The notes under the pieces: model-generated
Database searches by the model: none
What the model saw: the letters and a program-made list of their open reading frames with translations, nothing else
What the model was told of the DNA's origin: nothing
Position numbers and translations under genes: made by a program
From: Candidatus Giovannonibacteria bacterium RIFCSPLOWO2_02_FULL_45_28
Lineage (GTDB): Bacteria > Patescibacteriota > Minisyncoccia > UBA11713 > 2-01-FULL-45-33
NCBI GenBank assembly: GCA_001780725.1
Contig: MFIM01000001.1
Span: 83,642 to 147,641, forward strand
Direction: 5' to 3'
DNA length: 64,000 nt
In this document: piece after piece, positions 17,648 through 24,921 of the stretch
How positions within the stretch are numbered: the stretch's first letter is position 1
Layout: every line of letters begins with the position of its first letter

Positions 17648-18622
17648 ATGACATCTAAAATTCGTAACAGCTTAATCATTTTTTCTTTCCTTCTCCTCTC
17701 GATCACCATCATCGGCATTTTTTGGCTTGTTACCACGCCCGGAGCGCAAGCTGGCCTCATTTTCGCCTACGCAGCCGGACTTTCCATGATTTTTCTTCCT
17801 TGCACCCTGCCTTTAGTATTCGTCATTGTGCCTCTGGCAATGAAGCAATCACCGCTCAAAGGGCTTACGATGGCATTACTTTTCGGATTGGGACTTGCCA
17901 TTACGCTTAGTATCTACGGCGCGGCTGTCGCTTGGGTAGGCGGATATATTGGCATGAACGCCATTATTCGCTGGATGTTTGGAATTGCCGGAGCAATGGC
18001 ATTTGTTTTTGGACTCTCCGAATTAAAACTTCTTGCCTTGCGCCTGCCTTTTATGGCAAAAGTGCTGCCGACTTCGCTTCAAAAAGGCGGCAATTACTCA
18101 AAATCGTTTTTCATGGGCCTTTTCTTGGGCAATGCCGGCGTGGGCTGTCCCAATCCCGCTTTCTATGTACTACTTACATATATTGCAACCGTAGGAACAG
18201 TAAGCGACGGTGTTCTTTTGGGAGTGGTGCATGGCTTGGGAAGAGCCACGCCACTTATCTTTCTTGTCATCCTTGCCATTCTTGGCATCAACACCATGAA
18301 TTGGGTCAGCCGCTCGCAGGTAAAAGTTGAACGGTTTATGGCGTGGGGGTTGGTCGGCATAGGCGCATATCTTTTTCAATATCTGCCGTTTAAGATGGCA
18401 TTTTGGGAGGGCTCAATCTTTCATGTTATCTGGAACAACATCGTGAGCAAAACCTTGCCGAGCATAGCCGAAAGCGAGAGAATTGAAGAACTGCTGAACA
18501 TTCAAGGAGGCACCGCCACCATTTTGCCGTGGGTGTTTATTGGGCTTATGGTCGGAGCGGTGATTATTTGGGACGCGTTTGTTCAACGTAAAAAGTTATC
18601 ACAAAATCAAGTTATACAATGA
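17648..18622 (+). CDS. CcdA/DsbD-family thiol-disulfide transporter (cytochrome c biogenesis-type membrane protein)
   Basis: 324 aa polytopic. The two conserved TM cysteines (FLPCTLP and GVGCPNP) typical of the DsbD beta-domain/CcdA family. Confidence 0.7.
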   Translation: MTSKIRNSLIIFSFLLLSITIIGIFWLVTTPGAQAGLIFAYAAGLSMIFLPCTLPLVFVIVPLAMKQSPLKGLTMALLFGLGLAITLSIYGAAVAWVGGYIGMNAIIRWMFGIAGAMAFVFGLSELKLLALRLPFMAKVLPTSLQKGGNYSKSFFMGLFLGNAGVGCPNPAFYVLLTYIATVGTVSDGVLLGVVHGLGRATPLIFLVILAILGINTMNWVSRSQVKVERFMAWGLVGIGAYLFQYLPFKMAFWEGSIFHVIWNNIVSKTLPSIAESERIEELLNIQGGTATILPWVFIGLMVGAVIIWDAFVQRKKLSQNQVIQ

Positions 18623-18798
18623 ACACAATGTTTTCAATAATCCAAGTCGCTTACGCCCACGAAGAAGGGGCGAGTACCGCAACAGCCGACAACACCCTCG
18701 GTCCCATTTTAGCGTTGGTTATTATTATCTTGGCCATAGTCGTAGCCAAGCGCATTAAAAAGATTAATAAAGAAAATCATTATGAACAAAGAAATTAA
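18619..18798 (+). CDS. Small membrane protein (59 aa)
   Basis: Not in the ORF track. ATG overlaps the CcdA-like stop (ATGA). Hydrophilic N-terminus followed by one TM helix (ILALVIIILAIVVA). Confidence 0.3.
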   Translation: MNTMFSIIQVAYAHEEGASTATADNTLGPILALVIIILAIVVAKRIKKINKENHYEQRN

Positions 18799-19048
18799 AA
18801 TGACCCTCGTTACCCGCGAAGGGTGCGTTCATTGCGCGCAGACCAAAGAAATTCTTAAAAAGATACAGCCCGAGTATCCCGAACTTGCGGTGGAAGAAAT
18901 AGATATGACCACGCCCCAGGGGCAAGAACTTATCAGTAAATACGGAATTATGTCGAGTCCGGGGATTATTATTAACGGCGAGCTGTTCTCTATAGGCGGA
19001 ACTACGGAAAAGGAATTAAGAGAGAAATTTGTCGCATTAAGGAGTTAA
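18782..19048 (+). CDS. Glutaredoxin/thioredoxin-fold CxxC protein
   Basis: 88 aa. CVHC redox motif near the N-terminus. Glutaredoxin-like YruB/NrdH architecture. True start may be the internal Met at ~18800. Confidence 0.7.
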   Translation: MNKEIKMTLVTREGCVHCAQTKEILKKIQPEYPELAVEEIDMTTPQGQELISKYGIMSSPGIIINGELFSIGGTTEKELREKFVALRS

Positions 19049-19425
19049 ATTTTGTAGCCCGCCAAAAAATCCGCCAGCCCAAGCGAGGGCGCGGCGGAAG
19101 GAGGGTGTGGGAGAATTTCGCCGCACCCGAGCGGAAACATCAGCACGCCTCCGCCTGCTCGTTTAGAGCAGAACGCCGAAAGCAAAATTTTCTTTTCCTT
19201 TAGAAGAAAAAATTGGTGGCGCGCGCAAAAAAAGAATCGTAAAGAAAATTTTGCTTGAGGCGTAGCCCCGCCTTTGGCGGGGCGCGGAGGCGTTCGTCAG
19301 AGTAAGACATTTTTGCTAAAATAGGTTCGAGCGTGGTTGTATAGATACACCATGTTATAATAAAAACATCGGCTCGAACCATATTTTAATTTTGGGGGAA
19401 GAAAATTTTTTTTCCATGTTAGTTA

Positions 19426-19851
19426 TCAAACCTTAATTGGGATAATTTCAAAAGTATTATGGTCGCGTTCAAACTTTATTCGGTAATTATCAAAAAAACC
19501 GATTTGCCCCAATAAAGCATGAACTGCCAGGTTGGGCACAAAACCAACTTCAACTTTTACTTTGTCCGTGAATTCTTTGATTTTGATATCAACGTCAATA
19601 AAATGTGTTTCCATCGCTTTGCCATCTATGCCCGTTACGCTCTCTTTCTTTTTGGCTTTGTCCAGATTTATACCAACGTATTTTGCAAATTCAGCGTTTA
19701 TTAAAATATTATCTGCCCCAGAATCCACCAGCGCTCCAAAAATAGAAACATTCTTTAAAGGTCCAAACAACTCAATCTCTATAATTGGTCGTCTCCTGTG
19801 AGGAGCTGTTGGTTTTGATGGATCAAATACAGCAGAGTACTGATATTTCAT
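19426..19851 (-). CDS. Retropepsin-like (clan AA) aspartic protease
   Basis: 141 aa. ALVDSGADNILI catalytic motif. Confidence 0.6.
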   Translation of the reverse strand: MKYQYSAVFDPSKPTAPHRRRPIIEIELFGPLKNVSIFGALVDSGADNILINAEFAKYVGINLDKAKKKESVTGIDGKAMETHFIDVDIKIKEFTDKVKVEVGFVPNLAVHALLGQIGFFDNYRIKFERDHNTFEIIPIKV

Positions 19852-20075
19852 AAACTCGAAGGCGCCAAATTTGCTCCGAGCGGTAATACCTTCGAAAACG
19901 CCACTCTGCTTTGAAGCACACTGTCTATTTTAGAAGCCGTTTCCTCAAGAGTTTCTCCACTAGCTATAATCTTTGTTCGGTCAGGAGAAAGCGCCACCCA
20001 TTTATTTTCGTATGGCTTAAGAATTGAGCTTAAATCGGGCATTTTTACAATGTTTTCTTCTTGTGTTTTTGACAT
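19848..20075 (-). CDS. Small DUF5678-like protein partnered with the retropepsin-like gene
   Basis: 75 aa. KWVALSPDRTKIIASGETLEE pattern. Overlaps the downstream protease gene start. Confidence 0.45.
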   Translation of the reverse strand: MSKTQEENIVKMPDLSSILKPYENKWVALSPDRTKIIASGETLEETASKIDSVLQSRVAFSKVLPLGANLAPSSL

Positions 20076-20094
20076 ATGCTTAAATATAACACAC

Positions 20095-20682
20095 TTATCC
20101 TCTCACTTCCACCAAACTGCCGCGGTGGCCTGGGATGGCGCCGGAGATGGCCATAAGATTTTTTTCGGGAATGATTTTGATGATTTTGAGATTGCTGACG
20201 GTGACGCGTTCCGCACCCATGTGCCCGGCCATGCGCATGCCTTTTAAAACTCTTTGCGGCCAAGTTGCGCCGATTGATCCCGGCTCGCGCTCGGAATGTT
20301 TTTGTCCGTGAGTTCTAGGTCCGCCGTGGAAACCATGACGTTTTACAACGCCCTGAAAACCTTTGCCTTTTGAAACGCCACTGACATTTACAAAGTCGCC
20401 CTCCTCAAAAGCGGTTGCCTCAATTTTGTCGCCCACATTTAAAGCGCTGGTTTTAAACTCGCGAAAATACTGAAAATTTCCCAATTTTTTCTGCGGCTTT
20501 TCTACGTTTTTTCCCTTTTTCGCGCTAAACCCGACCTGTACGGCAACGTATCCGTCCTTTTCTTCAGATTTTTTTTGCGTAACAAAAATGGGGCCGGCTT
20601 CCAGCCAAGTAACCGGTTGAACCCGTCCATTACCGTCAAAAATTTGCGACATCTCAATTTTTCTCGCCAAAATAAATTTCAT
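20095..20682 (-). CDS. rplC: 50S ribosomal protein L3
   Basis: 195 aa. L3 family. Directly downstream of rpsJ. Confidence 0.95.
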   Translation of the reverse strand: MKFILARKIEMSQIFDGNGRVQPVTWLEAGPIFVTQKKSEEKDGYVAVQVGFSAKKGKNVEKPQKKLGNFQYFREFKTSALNVGDKIEATAFEEGDFVNVSGVSKGKGFQGVVKRHGFHGGPRTHGQKHSEREPGSIGATWPQRVLKGMRMAGHMGAERVTVSNLKIIKIIPEKNLMAISGAIPGHRGSLVEVRG

Positions 20683-20683
20683 A

Positions 20684-21025
20684 TTACACCTTTATCTCAA
20701 TGTCCACCCCTGCCGGCAAGTTAAGATTGGTCATCGCCTCCACAACTTTCGGGGTGGGATCTAAAACATCAATCAAGCGCTTGTGAACCCGCATTTCAAA
20801 CTGCTCACGGGCATTTTTGTGGACAAACGAAGAACGATTAACCGTATATTTGCGAATTTCAGTAGGCAACGGCACCGGTCCTGCCAGCTCCGCTCCGTAC
20901 CGTAGGGCAGTATCTACTATTTGCCTCACTGACGAATCCAAAATTTTGTGGTCATACGCCCTTACGCGTATCCTCAATTTTTGCTTTTCCTCAACTGCTT
21001 TTTCTTTTGGCTTGGCTTTGGCCAT
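20684..21025 (-). CDS. rpsJ: 30S ribosomal protein S10
   Basis: 113 aa. [14 protein letters not shown]...VPLPT... S10 signature. Confidence 0.95.
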   Translation of the reverse strand: MAKAKPKEKAVEEKQKLRIRVRAYDHKILDSSVRQIVDTALRYGAELAGPVPLPTEIRKYTVNRSSFVHKNAREQFEMRVHKRLIDVLDPTPKVVEAMTNLNLPAGVDIEIKV

Positions 21026-21028
21026 TTA

Positions 21029-22222
21029 TTATTTATTGATCTTGGTGACCACACCAGCGCCGACGGTTTTGCCTCCCTCTCTGATTGCAAACCTTTGTTT
21101 TTCTTCCAAAGCCACAGGCGCGATAAGTTTTACGGAAAATTTGATAGTATCTCCCGGCATCACCATCTCCGTGCCTTGCGGCAAAGTTACGTCTCCCGTC
21201 ACATCAGTGGTGCGGATATAAAACTGTGGCTTATATCCGCTGAAAAACGGGGTGTGCCTGCCGCCCTCTTCTTTAGTCAAAATATAGACTTCCGCGTCAA
21301 ATTCAGTGTGTGGAGTGATAGATCCGGGCTTTGAGATAACTTGTCCGCGCTCCACATCTTCCTTTTTGACGCCGCGAAGCAAAATTCCCGCGTTGTCTCC
21401 GGCCAAGCCTTCATCCAATTGCTTGTTAAACATCTCTATGCCGGTTACCACTGTTTTTTGGGTATCGTGAAGACCCACTATCTCCACTTCATCGTTTAAT
21501 TTAACTTTGCCTCTTTCAATCCTTCCGGTAACCACAGTGCCGCGGCCTTCAATGGAAAACACGTCTTCAACAGGCATAAGGAATGGCCTGTCAATATCGC
21601 GAACCGGTTCCGGAATATATTCGTCCAACTGCTTTGCAAGTTCCAAAATCGGTTTTGCCCACTCATCTTCCGCTGATTTGACTTCCAAGGCTTTCAAAGC
21701 CGAGCCGCGGATAATCGGAGTTTTGTCTCCCGGGTATTCATATTTAGTCAAAAGCTCACGGACTTCGGTTTCAACCAAGTCAACCAATTCTTTGTCGTCC
21801 ACCGCGTCAACTTTGTTTAAGAAAACAATAATTGCCGGCACGCCGACTTGGCGCGCAAGAAGTATGTGCTCTCTTGTCTGCGGCATCGGGCCGTCAGCAG
21901 CCGAAACAACCAAAACTGCGCCGTCCATCTGCGCCGCGCCAGTAATCATATTTTTGATGTAGTCCGCATGCCCCGGAGCGTCAATGTGCGCGTAATGGCG
22001 CTTGTCGGTTTCATACTCCGAATGGTGAAGAGCTATGGTAATTCCGCGCTGGCGCTCTTCGGGAGCGTTATCAATATCTTCAACCTTTTCCACTCTCGCC
22101 TTTTTGCCGGCTAAATTAAGCACGTGCAAAATTGACGCTGTTAGCGTGGTTTTGCCGTGGTCAACATGGCCGATTGTGCCCACGTTAAGATGGGGCTTTG
22201 TCCTCTCAAATTTCTCCGCCAT
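21029..22222 (-). CDS. tuf: Elongation factor Tu
   Basis: 397 aa. [18 protein letters not shown] GTPase motifs. Confidence 0.97.
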   Translation of the reverse strand: MAEKFERTKPHLNVGTIGHVDHGKTTLTASILHVLNLAGKKARVEKVEDIDNAPEERQRGITIALHHSEYETDKRHYAHIDAPGHADYIKNMITGAAQMDGAVLVVSAADGPMPQTREHILLARQVGVPAIIVFLNKVDAVDDKELVDLVETEVRELLTKYEYPGDKTPIIRGSALKALEVKSAEDEWAKPILELAKQLDEYIPEPVRDIDRPFLMPVEDVFSIEGRGTVVTGRIERGKVKLNDEVEIVGLHDTQKTVVTGIEMFNKQLDEGLAGDNAGILLRGVKKEDVERGQVISKPGSITPHTEFDAEVYILTKEEGGRHTPFFSGYKPQFYIRTTDVTGDVTLPQGTEMVMPGDTIKFSVKLIAPVALEEKQRFAIREGGKTVGAGVVTKINK

Positions 22223-22313
22223 AAATTTATTTAAAAATTAGCGCTTATAAAAGCCAATACGCATTTTCAGCGTATAATCCGTATATTATAGGATGATAAA
22301 ACCCCTGTCAAGG

Positions 22314-22342
22314 CGCAAAAAAACCCCGACACAAGGTCGGGG
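22314..22342 (-). terminator. Rho-independent terminator (CCCCGAC-ACAAG-GTCGGGG plus U-run on minus strand)
   Basis: 7-bp GC stem preceded on the plus strand by AAAAAAA. Downstream of the small minus-strand ORFs and upstream of tuf. Confidence 0.55.
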
Positions 22343-22370
22343 CGAGGCGGCTAAACTAGCCGCAGGTTTC

Positions 22371-22547
22371 TTACAACATTATTAATTTAACGATAAGGAA
22401 CAAAATGTAAGCTATTGATAATAGGGATAAAAACCAGGAAAATTTGGCAATCCAAACCAGATGTCTCTCCAGCCAAAATCTTTGTGGAACAACCGCCCGA
22501 TAAACCGTCATCAAAATAGCTCCGAAAATTCCAGCAAGGAACATCAT
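22371..22547 (-). CDS. Small membrane protein (58 aa)
   Basis: Not in the ORF track. Two predicted TM helices. ATG overlaps the stop of the 68-aa ORF upstream. Followed by a terminator. Confidence 0.35.
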   Translation of the reverse strand: MMFLAGIFGAILMTVYRAVVPQRFWLERHLVWIAKFSWFLSLLSIAYILFLIVKLIML

Positions 22548-22750
22548 CCTTGTTCACCCCCTTGATGCGTTGTTAGAAAAGTTTTTTCTTCGGCAGAAAG
22601 CTTTTTGAAAATTGCCGACAGTTTTTGCCAAATCTCTTTGGCTTCCGGATCGTTTTGACGCCTCTGCTTTTCAAAAACTTTTAGAATAAACTGAAGCCGT
22701 AAAAATTCTTCTAATTTCTTGCTCTGCCCGTACTCAACGCCTTTGGGCAT
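22544..22750 (-). CDS. Hypothetical protein (68 aa)
   Basis: Charged helical ORF. No recognised motif. Confidence 0.3.
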   Translation of the reverse strand: MPKGVEYGQSKKLEEFLRLQFILKVFEKQRRQNDPEAKEIWQKLSAIFKKLSAEEKTFLTTHQGGEQG

Positions 22751-22758
22751 AAATCACC

Positions 22759-23019
22759 TCACTGCCATCGAGACATCACTCCAGCATTTCCAGTCACGCT
22801 CACTACCACCTGTCCATAATGATCGTCAATGCGCACCACTCCGCCACCGCGAGAGATAAGAATGGCGGCATTAACATCTTTTGGAACGATTATCTTCGTG
22901 CCATCGGTAAATTCCATACCGACAACGTTTCCGTCGCTAAGCTCAAGCGATTTTATAGTCCTCACTATTCTACCTCCTATTCTAAACCAAAGCTTATCAC
23001 TAAACCGGCAGGTCGTCAA
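22759..23019 (-). CDS. Hypothetical protein (86 aa)
   Basis: ORF with no recognised motif. Confidence 0.3.
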   Translation of the reverse strand: MTTCRFSDKLWFRIGGRIVRTIKSLELSDGNVVGMEFTDGTKIIVPKDVNAAILISRGGGVVRIDDHYGQVVVSVTGNAGVMSRWQ

Positions 23020-23234
23020 GCCCCACTTCTTCGTCTAGATTTTCTGCAAGCAGTTTGTCAGACAAAATTTTTTCTTCTTGTTGTAATTCTATATTTTCGT
23101 TTTCCATAAATTATACCAATTCTAAAATCTTTGAACGAAGCTTGCAAGCATTCCCGTGCTTCAACAAGCCAAGATAAGAATTTAGAGTATCCGCCATATT
23201 ATTTTCTTGTAATCTTCTCATCATCCGCCTTTTT

Positions 23235-23540
23235 GTGCTTGTCCGCAAAACTCATAGACATTCTTTAGGCCAGCGCATTGACGCGTTTTTTATTGAAATT
23301 ATGGAAGCGATTGCGGTTGCGAGTTTTCTTTCGCGAGAAGAAAAACTGCCTTATATCAGATTGGCTATGCGAAAAACGGACGCGCTGAAAATACTGCTTA
23401 TGGTACTTTGGGAAACCAAATCTTTGGACAATAAAAAATATGCCGCGTTGTCGATCAAAATAATCGAAATTGGAAAAATGCTGGGCGGATGGAGCGGACA
23501 GATACAAAAACAAAACTCTCCCAAAACGGGAGAGAAATGA
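23235..23540 (+). CDS. avd: Four-helix-bundle protein of the 23S rRNA IVS / DGR accessory variability determinant (Avd) family
   Basis: 101 aa (start may be further upstream at a non-ATG codon). LVRKTHRHSLGQRIDAF... and C-terminal IIEIGKMLGGWSGQ resemble Bordetella phage bAvd (IAEVGRILGSWIAR). Confidence 0.65.
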   Translation: MLVRKTHRHSLGQRIDAFFIEIMEAIAVASFLSREEKLPYIRLAMRKTDALKILLMVLWETKSLDNKKYAALSIKIIEIGKMLGGWSGQIQKQNSPKTGEK

Positions 23541-23546
23541 AAAGAG

Positions 23547-23673
23547 TTGCCGAAGCGGAGAGCGGGATTGTTAGAATACCAGCTGTAGCCCAACCAGCAC
23601 CAGAGCAACACGACCTCGTCGCCGTACTCGCAGAGATACGGGACATTCAGGTTGCCGTTGCGGTTCTGCACGA
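23547..23673 (-). repeat. DGR template repeat (TR)
   Basis: 127 bp homologous to the 3' end of the target gene (24052-24178). Carries adenines (AAC codons, sense = minus strand) at 11 of the 13 positions where the two copies differ. Confidence 0.75.
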
Positions 23674-24047
23674 AATGTATGGGATTTCATCTGTGCCACT
23701 GCCCTTTGAGTGCTCTTGGAGCTGTATCGTATTCGGCATAGCAATGCCTTAAAACCCCACACCAAGTATATTCATTTTTTATGAAGTGCTGCATACACCG
23801 CTCTATTTGAAACCTTGATCGCAAATATTCCGGATATATGGATACTGGGTTCGGTAGCAAGAAACCTTAATTTCCTGCGTATTCACCTACTGCCATTTTT
23901 GATGGTAGCACAAAAAAGAAAAGCCCCCGATGTTCTGGGGGCTGGAGTTCTGCGCTATTCTCCACAGCGTTTGGCATTATGCCAGTTCGGAAGGACAAAG
24001 GTTCAAGCGTCCAAGCGCAGCAGGACACAGGAGCCAATGTCTAAGTT

Positions 24048-24710
24048 CTACTTGCTGAAGCGGAGAGCGGGATCGTTAGAATACCAGCTGCAGCCCAACC
24101 AGTACCAGAGCAACACGACCCCGCCGCCGTACCCGCAGAGACACGGGACATCCAGGCGGCCGTAGCGGTCCTGCACGACCGACTTCCACCCAAACACCGT
24201 CTTGCCTGCATATAACTTGCGGAACACAGCAATGCCCTTGGTTTGGATGGCCAGGAGGTCGGCCAGTCCGAGGCAATCGGCAAGAGCATTGTCCTTCTGA
24301 AGATGCTTGTAAATCGCGTTGCCGATCGCAACTCCCGTTTTCTGGTCATTGTGGAGCCAAAGCCCGACCGCGGCGTTGAGGTTGTATTCGGCGGGTCCAA
24401 CGAGCTCCAATTCGGGATGCATCACTTTCTTCATCCAGCCGGGATAGCTCGGTTTGACCGAGCGGTCCACGCTGATAATGAAGTCAAGTAACACCTCGGG
24501 AGCGGGGACAACATCTCCAACGGTTACTAGGCGCTCAATCGGCTTGATCTCGCTGAAACCGTTGAGTACGGCCTTGATGGTCCCGAGATCATACTTCCTT
24601 AATTTGGTTACCTCCTCGACACTAAATCCCGCCTTTTCCAGAGCATCGGCCAGTTGGTTCATATGGCCGATAGAATACAGAGTAGACATAATCTTCCTCC
24701 CTTTGGACAT
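24048..24710 (-). CDS. DGR target (variable) protein, 220 aa
   Basis: C-terminal 42 codons form the variable repeat ...QDRYGRLDVPCLCGYGGGVVLLWYWLGCSWYSNDPALRFSK. The TR encodes N at the diversified positions. Confidence 0.65.
   Translation of the reverse strand: MSKGRKIMSTLYSIGHMNQLADALEKAGFSVEEVTKLRKYDLGTIKAVLNGFSEIKPIERLVTVGDVVPAPEVLLDFIISVDRSVKPSYPGWMKKVMHPELELVGPAEYNLNAAVGLWLHNDQKTGVAIGNAIYKHLQKDNALADCLGLADLLAIQTKGIAVFRKLYAGKTVFGWKSVVQDRYGRLDVPCLCGYGGGVVLLWYWLGCSWYSNDPALRFSK
24052..24178 (-). repeat. DGR variable repeat (VR) at the target gene 3' end
   Basis: Pairs with the TR. Substitutions are confined almost entirely to TR adenine positions (AAC to GAC, TAC, CGC). Confidence 0.75.
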
Positions 24711-24921
24711 GTTCCTTTCTAGAACTCGTCCGTTTGCTGTTTTAATTTGACTTTCGCCACAGCCCCGACATGACTTTTTATAAGCCAGTTCGGGGCTACG
24801 GCAAAGCGCAAGTTAACGTATTAAAGAGCTACGCCCCAATTATACACCCGAAAGGTTTAAAAGTCAATAGCTGAAAATCCTTTATTTTATAAGGGTTTTT
24901 TGGGTAATTATAGCTTTCGCG

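Noticed and set aside
14440-20095. Integrase/recombinase or transposase associated with the island and the other gene-end duplications
   Set aside because: No ORF in the window has tyrosine or serine recombinase, or DDE transposase motifs. The integration mechanism is inferred only from the repeats.
23351-23671. 106-aa minus-strand ORF starting with ...NGNLNVPYLCEYGDEVVLLWCWLGYSWYSNNPALRFGN
   Set aside because: Its 5' third is the DGR template repeat (a copy of the target gene's 3' end). The remainder is low-complexity read-through. Treated as TR, not a gene.
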